Notes: generated by a model from the sequence alone, not told the origin. Counted from the first letter of the stretch, positions 33,095-45,474 are shown. The stretch is 64,000 bases of DNA from an uncultured archaeon (GCA_963782915.1 CAWALK010000020.1:128001-192000); one strand, 5' to 3'. A program made the numbers and translations.

Positions 33095-34127
33095 CTACGT
33101 TAGTAGTTTAGTTGCTAACTTATGTCTTATGTCTAAGAGGTCTCTTAAAACTGCACCTGCAGTTTCGATTGCGCCTGCACCCCGTCCGATGATGGTTTGT
33201 TCTGCGGCGAATTCGCATTGGAAAGTGACTGCGTTGAGGACTCCGCTGACACAAAGTGGGCTTGTTTTGGGGATTTCAAGCGGTTTTACGATTGGCTTGT
33301 TTTGGTCCTCTATGGAGCCGATGAGTTTGATGGTATTGCCCCTCTTTGCAGCGTCATCAAGGTCTTGCAGGGAAACATCGCGGATGCCTGTTCTGTCAAC
33401 GTCTTTTAAGGTAATTTTTTGGTTAAGGATCCAGTTTGCGAGGATAACGGTTTTGCAGGCAGTGTCAAACCCATCAATATCCATTGAGGGTTCTCTTTCT
33501 GCGTAACCCAGCTTCTGGGCGTTGGATAGTGCGTCTTGGAAGCTTACGCGGTTCTGGGACATTTCTGAGAGGATATAGTTGGTTGTGCCGTTTAGGATGC
33601 CTTTTATGCCGAGGATTCGGTCGCCTGCGAGGCATCTTTTGGCGAATTCCAGCATGGGTGTGCCGCCGCCGACTGTGCCACTGAACCGCAAGTAAACATT
33701 GTTGTATTCCGCGAGTTCAGTGAGTGCTGGCATGGCTAATGCTAAGGGTCCCTTGTTGGTTGTGACAACATGTTTGCCTGTTTTGAAGGCTGTTGTGATA
33801 TGTGAGAGTGCGGGTTCAGCGGTTTTGATGTTAACTGGGTGTAACTTCGACGACGACTTCAGCTTCAACTTCTTTGATAACATCAAGCGCCTTAATTCCC
33901 GGTTGCCCAAAGTCTGGGTCAGCAGAAATCGGGTAACCCCGCAGCTTTATCTCTTCCAGTTTTTCTGGGCTTAAGCCTCTGGGGTTGATGACTGCGCCGT
34001 CGATGTCTGCGATGGCAACGATTTTTGGGTTAAACCCATAATCCTTCACTTTCTCGGCATAGCGGCGAGCCAGAATGGTAGTGACACCTTTTCCGACAAC
34101 GCCATAGCCAACCAAAATAATTCTCAT
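33095..34127 (-). CDS. hom: Homoserine dehydrogenase (frameshift near 33835)
   Basis: [25 protein letters not shown]. Confidence 0.95.
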
Positions 34128-34136
34128 TACTCATCC

Positions 34137-35389
34137 TTACCTTGCCAATATTGCTGCGTTTCTTCTTTAAACCCAACGCTGCTTCTATGGCAGTTATATC
34201 AGCGTCAACTTCAATTGGTTTTTCGCTTTGTTTGATGGCGGTGTCTGGGTCTTTGAGTCCGTGTCCTGTGGTGATGCAGACGACTTTTTCGTCCTTGAGG
34301 ATTGTGCCGTTCTTGATTAGTTTCTTTAAGCCTGCGAGTGATGATGCGCTTGCGGGTTCGACGAATATGCCTTCGATTCTTGCTAGGGTTTTTTGTGCGT
34401 CGAGGATTTCTTCGTCGGTGACTGTTTCGGCTGTGCCGTGTGATTCGTGGATGGCGTTGACGGCTTTTTTCCAGCTGACTGGTGCGCCGATGCGGATGGC
34501 GGTGGCGATGGTTTCTGGGTGTTCGATTGGCACGATTTTGTCGCTGCCTGTTTTGATGGCTTGTGCGATAGGTGCGGAGCCTTCAGCTTGGATGCCTGTC
34601 ATTTTGGGCAGTTTCTTAATTAAGCCCAATTGGTAGAATTCACGTTAGCCCTTTCCAGACGGCGCTGATGTTGCCTGCGTTGCCGACTGGGATGATGATT
34701 CGGTCTGGGGCTTCATAGTTTAGTTGTTCACAGATTTCGTAGCCTAAGGATTTTTGGCCTTCGATTCGGAAGGGGTTGATTGAGTTAAGCAGGTAAATGT
34801 CCTTGTGTTTCTCGCCGAGTTTAAGCACGAATTCTAGCGCTTCATCGAAGTTGCCTTTAACTTGCAGTACTTTGGCGCCGTGGATCATGGCTTGGCTGAG
34901 TTTGCCGTAGGCGATTTTGCCTGCTGGGATTAGGACTGTGCATTGGATTCCTGCACGGGCTGCGTATGCTGCGAGGGCTGCGCTTGTGTTGCCTGTGGAT
35001 GCGCATATGACATGGCGTACGCCTAGTTCGACGGCTTTGGTTACGCCCACAGTCATGCCTCGGTCTTTGAAGCTGCCTGTTGGGTTTTCGCCCTCGTTTT
35101 TAACGTAAAGATTCTGTATGCCCAACTCTGCGCCTAAGCGGACTGAGCGGTGTAAGCCAGTTCCGCCTTCACCTAAGGTTACCAGTTTGGTGGATTCATG
35201 GATGGGCATGAAAGGGCGGTAACGCCAAACGCTCAGTGGCTTGGTTTTCCAGTCGTTAGTCTTTGCTGCATCAGCTAATTCATTAGCGTCAAATTTGATT
35301 TCTAAGATGTCTCCGCATTTCTTGCAGAAATAAACAATCTCATCTACGCTGTAGGTTGTTTTGCAGTTTATGCATTCTTGATGTACCAA
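34137..35389 (-). CDS. thrC: Threonine synthase (frameshifted)
   Basis: [37 protein letters not shown]. Confidence 0.95.
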
Positions 35390-35487
35390 ATCTTGTGCAT
35401 CTCCAATAGACTAACGACTAATTGCTCTGAGAAGTATCGGCGGTGGAATTAATAATTTTGGTGTAGCTGGAAGGATTCAAGAGGCTG

Positions 35488-35689
35488 ATTTTCTCTCTTA
35501 GTTGTTGCTGTGGGTCATCTTATTTCAACAACAACCAACGATTTGGCAGACGGGTGTGTTTTGGCAATTGGGTTGTGGGATAGGTTGCTGGATGGTTGCG
35601 AGAGTTTTCCCCAAGCAGAACTAAAACTTGTTGGCGCCTACTACCTACCTCAGAGGCACCTACCCCTCCCTTATTTAAAGGATAAATAG
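35488..35689 (+). repeat. Dispersed element, contiguous left+right copy (copy E; left part degenerate)
   Basis: GTTGTTGCTG..CAACAACAACCAA, GTTGCTGGATGGTTG..CAAGCAGAAC, CAGAGGCACCTACCCCTCCCTTATTTAAAGGATAAATAG. Confidence 0.75.
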
Positions 35690-36409
35690 GCAACTTATAC
35701 AACTGATCCCTATACTGGCGAACAGCAAATATCTCCACCTGCCAAACACTATGAATGGCAAACCATCAATGTCACGATTAAGAATCAGCCCTTTACCCCG
35801 TACAAGCTGGCAATAGGGAACAACATTGTAGATGCTTCACTTTACTATAACGTTAAATTCAAGGGGCATTTTGAAGATGAATGGGGCTATTTTGACCCCG
35901 CTTACTATGTAGTTCAAGTCACCTCGGGGTCAAGTACAATTATAACATTCTTCGTGGGCGCAAATGGTCCGAATGGAGCAAGCGGGGAATGGGACCCACG
36001 ATTTCTAGAACGCTTGTCGGCTGATAGAGACGGCCAAGTTGATTTTCAAGTAGAAGCATTGTCGGGTTATGTACAACCGGGAAGTTTGGTTAAGTCACCT
36101 GCTTCTTATTTTGATGTTTGGGTGCCAGGTGTCTTTAATGGGACAGAAAGCGGCTGGAGCAATACACAAATCATAACTATCGGTGGGAGTACACCAACAG
36201 CAACTCCCAATGCCTCTTATCCCTCTCAAAGTTTATCACCCTCAGAAAGTCAAAAACCCACACCAAACCAGCCTAGCACTCAAATCACAATCCAGTTAGG
36301 GATAGATTGGACGCCGATAGCCATGGTTGCCTTGCTTGGTGTTATTGCTGTTTTGCTGGTAGTTACGGTTGTATTATTGCTTATGAGAAGAAAAAAGCAA
36401 ATTTTATAA
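35690..36409 (+). pseudogene. 5'-truncated member of the DPYTG secreted-protein family
   Basis: Open frame ATYTTDPYTG..IKNQP..YYNVKFKGH..VDFQVEA..GWSNTQ starts right after a TAG at the element end; signal peptide absent. Confidence 0.75.
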
Positions 36410-36446
36410 TGGACAGAATTAAGCAGGTGGTTGCTTGATTGTTGTT

Positions 36447-37025
36447 TTAGCCTACCAAGTTCGATAGAACCTCGTATGCTTTGAGGCTATCCTTCTTTTC
36501 TACTACCATTATGGTTTCTGTCCAGCACGAAATGAATTCAACGATGTTGACGTTCTGTTCTGCCAGTAACGTGGCGAGGAACGCGACAACTCCCGGCGTA
36601 GCTTCCAACTCTTCGGGCGAATGCACAACAATCATGGTGCAGTTCTCATGCTTCACCAGTGTACTGATGCGCTCCGGCAAATCACTACGATCTACCAGGT
36701 ACACATGTTTATCAAGTAAGTCTACTTTCATGCCTGCTTCTTGGTTGAGTTCTTTAGCGGTTATTATTACGGATTTGCGGTCGTAAACTGCTATGCCGCT
36801 GCGTCTGAGCAGATGGAGAACTTTTTCTTCCCTTTTTTGTCTGTGCTTCTGGAGCTCTTCCGAGTATCTGCGTAGGGCAGCTTTTATGGCGCTGGTGTCG
36901 CTGGTTTTGAGTTCTTTCTGTAGCTGTCTTGAAAGCTCGCTTAAGTTTACGATGCCTTTTTCGAGTGCTTCTAGTAAATAGGGCTTGTTTCGCAGGTGAT
37001 TGCGGACGTCTTGAGCTACAGTCAT
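36447..37025 (-). CDS. Archaeal ACT-domain putative amino-acid regulator (N-terminal HTH-like)
   Basis: GIVNLSELSR..AALRRY; TPGVVAFLATLLAEQNVNIVEFISC; divergent from argG. Confidence 0.75.
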   Translation of the reverse strand: MTVAQDVRNHLRNKPYLLEALEKGIVNLSELSRQLQKELKTSDTSAIKAALRRYSEELQKHRQKREEKVLHLLRRSGIAVYDRKSVIITAKELNQEAGMKVDLLDKHVYLVDRSDLPERISTLVKHENCTMIVVHSPEELEATPGVVAFLATLLAEQNVNIVEFISCWTETIMVVEKKDSLKAYEVLSNLVG

Positions 37026-37133
37026 GGTTTTGTCATGTATCAAATGGGACATTTAAAGCTTGTTAAGTAACAAAAAAGTCACAACCTTTAAAAATACAGC
37101 CCTTAAGGTAAGGGGAATAATTCAAAACAAAAA

Positions 37134-38378
37134 ATGGGGGAGCATCAGATAACAGACAAATATGTATTAGCTTACTCCGGCGGATTAGACACATCCGTAC
37201 TAATCAAGTACCTTCAAGAACGCTGTAAAGCTCAAGTTATAACCGTCACTGTTGATGTAGGTCAAGGCGACGACCTCGTTGCAGCAGAAGAAAAAGCAAA
37301 GAAACTTGGCGTAGTAAAACATGTTTCAATCGACGCCAAAGAAGAATTCGTAAAAGAATACATTTTCCCAGCCATCAAAGCCAACGCCCTCTACGAAGGC
37401 AAATACCCAATCAGCACCAGCCTCTCTCGGCCCTTAATCGCCAAAAAGATGGCTGAAGTCGCAGAGAAAGAAGGCGCAAACGGCTTAGTACACGGCTGCA
37501 CAGGACGCGGAAACGACCAAGTCCGCTTCGACATAACCTTAGCTTCACTCGCACCAGGCAAACAAATCCTTGCGCCAGTACGCGATTGGGGCTTAACCCG
37601 CGACGAAGAAATCGCTTATGCCAAAGAGAAAGGCATCCCCATTTCTGAAAACGCCAAAAAATACAGTATAGACGCAAGCGTTTGGGGACGCGCCATCGAA
37701 TGCGGCTTACTCGAAGATGCAAACAATGAGCCGCCAGAAGACGCTTACGAGTGGACTGCCTCAGCAGAGAAAGCACCGAATACACCTGAAGTCATCACTA
37801 TCGGCTTCGAAGCAGGTGTCCCAGTCTCAATCAACGGCAAAATCATGAAGCCACTTGCACTCATCGAAGAAGTTAACAAAATCGCTGGCAAACACGGCGT
37901 CGGACGCATAGACCACATCGAAGACCGCGTTGTCGGATTGAAATCACGCGAAGTCTACGAGTGCCCAGCAGCACTGGTAATCTTGGATGCCCACCATGAC
38001 CTTGAAAAGATGGTTATGACACGCAACCAGGTTCTCTTCAAACAACAAATCGACGACCAATGGGTATACCTCGCATACTCAGGCTTATGGGTTGACCCAC
38101 TCAAAGACGACTTAGACGCATTCATCAACAAATCACAGGAAAACGTAACCGGCGAAGTCAAAATCAAACTCTTCAAAGGCAGCATGCAAATCATCGGACG
38201 CAACTCACCGAACTCGCTCTACAACAAGAACCTCGCAAACTACAACATCAAGACCAGCTTCAACCAATCCTACAGCAAAGGCTTCATCGAACTCTACGGC
38301 TTACAAACAGTCATGTACAACAACCTCAAAGCTGCCGAAAAAGCCCAAGAGAAGAAGCCCAAAACCAAGAAAACCTAA
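37134..38378 (+). CDS. argG: Argininosuccinate synthase
   Basis: LAYSGGLDTS, HGCTGRGNDQVRF, GLKSREVYE. Confidence 0.97.
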   Translation: MGEHQITDKYVLAYSGGLDTSVLIKYLQERCKAQVITVTVDVGQGDDLVAAEEKAKKLGVVKHVSIDAKEEFVKEYIFPAIKANALYEGKYPISTSLSRPLIAKKMAEVAEKEGANGLVHGCTGRGNDQVRFDITLASLAPGKQILAPVRDWGLTRDEEIAYAKEKGIPISENAKKYSIDASVWGRAIECGLLEDANNEPPEDAYEWTASAEKAPNTPEVITIGFEAGVPVSINGKIMKPLALIEEVNKIAGKHGVGRIDHIEDRVVGLKSREVYECPAALVILDAHHDLEKMVMTRNQVLFKQQIDDQWVYLAYSGLWVDPLKDDLDAFINKSQENVTGEVKIKLFKGSMQIIGRNSPNSLYNKNLANYNIKTSFNQSYSKGFIELYGLQTVMYNNLKAAEKAQEKKPKTKKT

Positions 38379-38411
38379 TTTTTCTTTAATTGGAGTTAAG
38401 GAGGGCAAGAA

Positions 38412-39899
38412 GTGTCAAAGATGCTGCATGGCGGAAGATTAGGCGATGTCCGAGGAGACGTAGCCAAATTCTGTTCCTCACGCAAGGACGATGCACGTTT
38501 AGCTGACGCTGTCTTAGCCATCAACAAAGCCCACGTCGCCATGCTCATAGAGCAGAAGATTATCCAGTTGCAAAGCGGCGCAAAAATCCTCTCTTCCCTC
38601 CAAAAACAGAACAGCAAACAACTCGACCCAAACGCTGAAGACGTCCACATGGCAGTCGAAGAAGCGGTCTTGGCGGAGACGGGTCCTGAAGTCGGCGGAA
38701 ACCTGCACATTGCCAAAAGCCGCAACGACCAAGTCGCAACAGCCATACGCATGGCATTGCGCAACGAACTGCTCACTATCATGCAGGAAATCGTTGACAT
38801 GCAGCAGGCGCTACTTGAAACCGCCGCCAAACATACAGAAACAATCATTCTAGAATACACTCACCTGCAAGCAGCGCAACCAGTCACCTTCGCACATTAC
38901 CTGCTATTCCACGTTGATGCACTGGGACGTGACCTGCAACGGTTACAAGGTGCATATTCACGGGTTAACTTGTGCCCATTGGGTGCAGGCGCTTTAGCAA
39001 CAACAAGTTTCCCAATTAACCGTAAGAAAACCGCGGAACTCCTCGGCTTCAACGATGTCTTAGAGAACTCTTTAGATGCCGTTGGCAGCCGAGACTTCAT
39101 CATAGAAACACAGGCGGCACTGGCACTGCTTGCCATAAACTTGAGCCGCTTCGCCGAAGACCTCATCATTTGGAGCTCAGCCGAATTCGGCACAGTCGAG
39201 TTACCCGACGAATTTACATCAACCAGCAGCATCATGCCCCAGAAAAAGAACCCCGAAGTCCTCGAAGTCATCCGCGCACGCGCAAGCTATGCACTGGGCG
39301 ATTTCTTAGCGGCGGCTGCTGCAGTGAAAAGTTTACCGACCACTTACAACTTGGACTTCCAAGAAATAACCCCCAAACTTTGGGCTTCAACAGACAACTT
39401 GGAAGCATCCCTTAACATCTTCACCGCATTAGTCCCCAACCTGAAAGTCTCAGAAAACTTTGAGACTAAAGCAGCCTCAGGCTTCGTCGCAGCAACCGAA
39501 GTCGCCAACATGCTGGTAGCAAAATACAACGTTGCCTTCCGAACCTCCCACAAAATAGTCGGGGCACTCGTGAAGGCGTTGATTGATTCAAAACAGACAT
39601 TAAACGACCTCACGCCTCAGTTAATGCAGAAAGTTGCCATGGAAGCTGCAGCTGTCAAGTTAGTGGTTAAGAGCGAAGACATTGTTTCATGCACGAATCT
39701 GCGCAAAGTAATCGAAACATATAAAGTTCAAGGCGGACCATCACCCGCAGAAGTTGAAAGAGCACTCAAAACACACAAAAAAACCCTCGCTGACAACAAA
39801 AAAGCGCTCGCAGACCTCAACAGCCACCTTGCAGCCGCCGAAAACACACTCAACAGTACCGTCAAGGATTACTCTCTTTCAAGTAATCAAAAAGCGTAA
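38412..39899 (+). CDS. argH: Argininosuccinate lyase
   Basis: SRNDQ, THLQAAQP, SSIMPQKKNP. Confidence 0.96.
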   Translation: MSKMLHGGRLGDVRGDVAKFCSSRKDDARLADAVLAINKAHVAMLIEQKIIQLQSGAKILSSLQKQNSKQLDPNAEDVHMAVEEAVLAETGPEVGGNLHIAKSRNDQVATAIRMALRNELLTIMQEIVDMQQALLETAAKHTETIILEYTHLQAAQPVTFAHYLLFHVDALGRDLQRLQGAYSRVNLCPLGAGALATTSFPINRKKTAELLGFNDVLENSLDAVGSRDFIIETQAALALLAINLSRFAEDLIIWSSAEFGTVELPDEFTSTSSIMPQKKNPEVLEVIRARASYALGDFLAAAAAVKSLPTTYNLDFQEITPKLWASTDNLEASLNIFTALVPNLKVSENFETKAASGFVAATEVANMLVAKYNVAFRTSHKIVGALVKALIDSKQTLNDLTPQLMQKVAMEAAAVKLVVKSEDIVSCTNLRKVIETYKVQGGPSPAEVERALKTHKKTLADNKKALADLNSHLAAAENTLNSTVKDYSLSSNQKA

Positions 39900-39935
39900 G
39901 GCTTAAAAATTTAAACTGATAGGTGAAATAGGGCT

Positions 39936-41083
39936 TTGGCTCCACAAGATAGCACGTTCAAAAATAATAAAAAAGCGGTTCTGCTTCTCGAAGACGGAAC
40001 GTCATTCATCGGTAAAGGTTTTGGTGCAACAGCAAAAATTTCAGGGGAAGTTGTTTTCTCCACTCAGATGGTGGGGTATCCTGAAGCTTTGACTGATCCG
40101 TCGTATAAGGGGCAGGTTTTAACTTTCACTTATCCCATGGTTGGCAACTATGGTGTACCTGGCAAAGAGTTGGATTTGGGGTTGCCGCTTTACTTCGAAT
40201 CCGATCACATTCAACCTCAAGGATTAATCATTCACGAATTATGCCTGGAACCATTCCATTGGGCATCAACCCGCACACTGGACAAATGGCTCGCCGACGA
40301 AGGCGTCCCAGGCATCTACGGCATAGACACCCGACGCTTAACTAAGAAACTGCGAACCCACGGAGTCATGCTGGGCATCGTGCAGGTCTTCGAAGACGGC
40401 GTAGAACCCGACATGGAAGCCCTGCTAAACAGCAGCAAAAGCATCGTCGACCCCAACTTAACCGACTTCGTAAAAGAAGTCTCGGTAAAAAAACCCGTCA
40501 CCTACAGTGTCGACGGCAAAAAAACCGTTGTCCTAATCGATTGCGGAGTAAAATTCAGCATCATCCGCAACCTACTCAAACGAGGCATAAACGTTGTTCG
40601 AGTGCCCTATGACACTTCAGCAAGCGACGTGCTGAGCTACAACCCCGACGGCGTCTTCTTAAGCAACGGACCTGGCGACCCAAAGAAATGCACCAAAACA
40701 ATCGAATGCCATCCGCGAATTAAGCGAGAAAACCCCGCTTATGGGCATCTGCTTAGGCGCACAAATCCTTGCACTTGGCATTAGGCGGCGACACTTACAA
40801 ACTAAAGTTCGGTCACCGCGCACAAAACCAGCCAGCACTCGACTTATACAACAGCCGATGCTACATCACCACCCAAAATCACGGTTACGCCATAAACATG
40901 GATTCACTCAAAAAAACTTGCCTGGAACCATGGTTCATCAACCCCAACGACAAAACCACCGAAGGCATCCGATGCAAAAACAAACCAGTCTTCGCAGTAC
41001 AATGGCACCCAGAAGCTGCACCAGGACCCTACGATACGGAACTATTGTTTGATAAATTCGCAAAAACCTTGGAGGTCAACTAA
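39936..41083 (+). CDS. carA: Carbamoyl-phosphate synthase small subunit (frameshifted)
   Basis: TDPSYKGQ, SNGPGDP, GICLG, QNHG, QWHPE. Confidence 0.96.
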
Positions 41084-41085
41084 GC

Positions 41086-44000
41086 ATGCCAAAGTTCGAT
41101 TGGATAAAAAAAGTCATGGTTCTCGGAAGCGGCGCCATCAAAATCGGTGAAGCAGCAGAATTCGACTACAGCGGCAGCCAATGCATAAAAGCCCTACAGG
41201 AAGAAGGCATAGAAACCGTCCTCATCAACCCCAACATCGCCACCATCCAAACCGATCCACGCCTCTCAGGCAAAGTATATCTCCTTCCAGTTACTCCTGA
41301 ATTCGTAGAGAAAGTCATCGCTAAAGAACGCCCAGACGGCATCCTCTTGGGCTTCGGAGGACAAACCGCACTCAACTGCGGCTTAGAACTCGAAAAAACA
41401 GGAATCCTCCAAAAATACAACGTTAAAGTTTTAGGCACACCCGTCCAAGCCATCGAAGACACAGGCGACCGCGAACGGTTCCGCCAAGCCATGCAAAAAG
41501 CAGGCGTCCCATTCCTACAAAGCAAAGCCGCAACCAGCGTCAAACAAGCCCTAGACATCGCTGACGAAATCGGTTACCCCGTCATGGTCCGTGTAGCTTA
41601 CACTTTAGGCGGTAAAGGCGCAGGCGTTGCCCATGACCAAAAAGAACTCAAAGAAATAGCAACCATCGGCATAGCCCAGAGCCGCATCAACCAAGTCCTC
41701 GTAGAAGAATACGTGGGGCATTGGAAAGAAGTCGAATACGAAGTTATGCGTGACTACAAAGACAACTGCTTAACCGTCTGTAACATGGAAAACTTTGATC
41801 CCAATGGGCATCCACACCGGCGACTCCATCGTCGTTGCACCCTCACAAACTATGACTAACCGTGAGTACCACGGGATTCGCTCAATCTCCATAAACGCCA
41901 TCCGCGCGTTGGGCATCGTTGGTGAATGCAACATTCAGTGGGCACTTAACACCAAATCCGAGGAATGCCGCGTCATCGAAGTCAACTCAAGAATGTCACG
42001 CAGCAGCGCACTCGCAAGCAAAGTCACAGGTTACCCGCTCGCATACATCGCCACAAAACTAACTTTAGGCTATATACTGCCTGAGTTAATCAACAAAGTC
42101 ACCGAAGTCACCACCGCATGCTTCGAACCAGCCTTAGACTACATCACAGTCAAAATCCCAAGATGGGACCTGCAGAAATTCAAGAACGCAGACCGCCACG
42201 TTGGACCCCAAATGCGCAGCGTCGGCGAAGTCATGGCTATCGGCCGCTGCTTCGAAGAAGCACTCCAAAAAGCCGTCCGCATGCTCGACACAGGCAAAAT
42301 CGGTTTAGTCTGCAACCCAGAAGACGAAGAACCCGAATCCGAAGAACGCCTAAGAGACGAAATGGCACATCCAACAGACGAGCGCCTCTACAAAATCGGT
42401 AAAGCACTCAAAATGGGCATCCCAATCAATGAGATATACCGCTTAAGCGGCGTTGACCCATTCTTCCTCTACAAAATCCAAAACATCATCGACATGGAAG
42501 CCAAACTCTGCAAACTCAACTTAGCAGAAACAGGCGCAGCAGACATCATCCGCGAAGCCAAACGCATAGGCTTCTCAGACGAACAAATCGCAGTTTGCCA
42601 AAAAACCACTGAAGCAACAATCCGCAGCTTCCGCAAAAACGCAGGCATCATCCCAGTCGTAAAACAAATTGACACCTTAGCCGCGGAGTGGCCAGCAAAA
42701 ACCAACTATCTCTACATGACCTATGGCGGAGACGAAGACGACATAGAATTCACCAGCACACCAAGCAAAGTCATAGTTCTCGGTGCAGGCGTCTTCCGCA
42801 TCGGCAGCAGCGTAGAATTCGACTGGTGCGGCGTCAACACAATCTGGGCGCTCAAAAAGAATGGCATACAAGAAGCCATCATGGTCAACTACAACCCAGA
42901 AACCGTCTCCACAGACTACGATGTCATCAGACAAACTATACTTCGAAGAATTAACCAAAGAACGCATACTTGACATCTACGAAAAAGAAAACCCTCTGGG
43001 CATAATCACCAGTGTTGGTGGGCAAATCCCAAACAACCTCTCCATGCCACTCTGTGATGCAGGCGCAAAAATCTTAGGCACCTCAGCTCAGGACGTGGAT
43101 TTGGCAGAAGACCGCAGCAAATTCAGTGCATTACTTGACCAGTTGGGGATTCATCAGCCAAGCTGGAGCAAACTCCAATCCATCGATGATGCGAAACGGT
43201 TTGCAACCAAAATCGGTTACCCAGTACTCGTACGTCCAAGCTATGTACTCTCGGGTTCAGCAATGCGTGTAGCCTACAACGAAGTCGCACTTGAAAACTT
43301 CCTCAACTTAGCCGCGAAAGTTTCACGGGACCACCCAGTAGTTATCAGCAAATTCATCACCCGCGCCAAAGAAGTCGAAGTTGACGGCGTCTCAGACGGC
43401 GACAACGTATTCATCGGCGCAATCATGGAACACGTAGAAAACGCAGGCGTCCACAGCGGCGACGCAACCATGACCATCCCACCCCAAGCACTCAAGCCAG
43501 AAGTGCAGAAAGACATCGAAACCGCCACAATAAGCATCGTAAAAGCCCTAAAAATCCATGGCCCATACAACATCCAGTACCTCGTCAAAGACGACGTAGT
43601 CAACGTCATCGAATGCAACCTCCGCGCTTCACGCTCAATGCCCTTTGTTAGCAAATGCAGAGGCATAAACCTAATTGACTTCGCAACTTTGGCGATGCTG
43701 GGCAAAAAAATCGACCACGTCAAACTTTCCCCAATGCAAGTTGCCCCTCACGTCGGCGTAAAAGTTCCACAGTTCAGTTTCATGCGTTTAAGCGGCGCAG
43801 ACCCAGTCTTGGGCGTGGAAATGCTAAGCACAGGTGAAGTCGCATGTATCGGCGAGAGCTTCTCTGACGCATTCTCGAAGGCGTTGCAGTCAGCGGAGTT
43901 TACGATTCCACCCAAAGGCGGCTCAGTACTCATCAGCGTCGGCGGCGACGACCAACGCAAAGCACGCGTTGTCCCAATCGCACAGGCATTCGCAGATATG

Positions 44001-44364
44001 GGCTTCAAAATCTACTCCACATCCAACACTGCAAAAGTCTTAAACGACCACGGCATCGCAACTACAGTCCTGCATAAAGTCAAAGACCCAGACGTCACAC
44101 CCAACATCCTCGATTACCTGCAGGAACGCAAAATCGACTTAGTCATCAACGTGCCCATGGCTAATCGCCGCAGCAACATGAGTGACATCATAACCGACGG
44201 CTACATCATACGGCGCCAAGCAGTAGAATTCAACGTGCCAGTCATCACGAATTTGCAGTTGGCTCAGGCATTGGTGGATGTGATGCAGCCAGAAGAACCA
44301 GAACGGCAACACTATCCGCTCGCTTAATGAGTATATGGATGCGTTGCCCTGGAAGCAGTGGTAG
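41086..44364 (+). CDS. carB: Carbamoyl-phosphate synthase large subunit (frameshifted)
   Basis: GSGAIKIGEAAEFDYSG, two ATP-grasp halves, MGS domain. Confidence 0.96.
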
Positions 44365-44399
44365 CTGCTTTAGTTTTTCTTTTCTTTTTTGTTTAGCTT

Positions 44400-44610
44400 G
44401 TTTTTTCTACAGTGTGTTGTTGCTAAGAATCCCCTATACACAACAACAACCAATCGATTGTGCTGAGAATTGCTTTTGGCGTTTAGCGTCTGGTTTATGT
44501 TGCAGGCTGGTTGTGGAGCAAACCGTAAGCCGATACGAAAACCGAACAAAAAAACATGCGCTTTACTGCTTTGCCGAAGGCCCCTATCCCCTATAAAAGG
44601 GAAAAAGGGT
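44400..44610 (+). repeat. Dispersed element, full copy (copy B)
   Basis: TTTTCTACAGTGTGTTGTTG..CCCCTATACACAACAACAACCA..GCGTCTG..GTTGCAGGCTGGTTGTGG..AAACCGTAAGC..CCCCTATCCCCTATAAAAGG. Confidence 0.85.
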
Positions 44611-44654
44611 TTTATGCTGTTTGCATCGGCATCTCTTGCTGCCGAGCCGTCATC

Positions 44655-45474
44655 TCACCCTTAATAAAAGCCAAAATATCCTGATTGATCTGCTGCTTAT
44701 GCGTCGTTGGATATGCCATGAGGCGCTCCAGGATAAACCTTCAATGTAGCATTCTTTATGATCTTGGAGGAAAGCATCGCCGGAGTCGGCAAACGGCACA
44801 ATCTGGTCATCGTCGCCATGAATAATCAACGTGGGCACATCAATTTTTTTGAGGTCTTCTGTTTGGTCAGTTTCCGAGAAGGCTTTAATGCATTCGTATG
44901 CCGCCTGGAAACCGCCATCATGCCTTGATGCCAGAAGTTGTCGCGTACGCCTTCGGAGACTTTTGCGCCGGGCCGGTTGTAGCCATAGAATTGCATGGAG
45001 AGGTCTTTGAAGAATTGTGATCGGTCCGCGATGATGGCTTCTCGGAGTTGGTTAAAGGCTTCGATGGGTAACCCGCCGGGGTTAGCTGGGGTTTTTAGCA
45101 TCAAAGGCGGAATCGCGCTGATCAGAATAACTTTTGAAACCCGCTTGGTGCCATGCCTTGCGATGTAGCGGACCACTTCGCCGCCCCCAGTCGAGTGGCC
45201 AACAAGAATGGCGTCTTTGGCAAAAGTTTTCTCGATTAAATCGTTCAAGTCGTCAGCGTATTGGTCCATATTGTTGCCGGTCCAAGGCTGGCTTGAGCGC
45301 CCATGCCCACGGCGGTCATGCGCAATACAGCGATACCCCCGCTGCGCCAAATAGAACATTTGGTCCTCCCAAGCGTCTGAATTCAGCGGCCAACCGTGAC
45401 TAAAAACGATTGGTTGACCATTCGCCCCATTCTTTATAGAATAATTCTGCTCCATTTACGATTAATTTTGCCAT
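44655..45474 (-). CDS. Non-heme chloroperoxidase / alpha-beta hydrolase (frameshifted)
   Basis: [30 protein letters not shown]. Confidence 0.9.
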
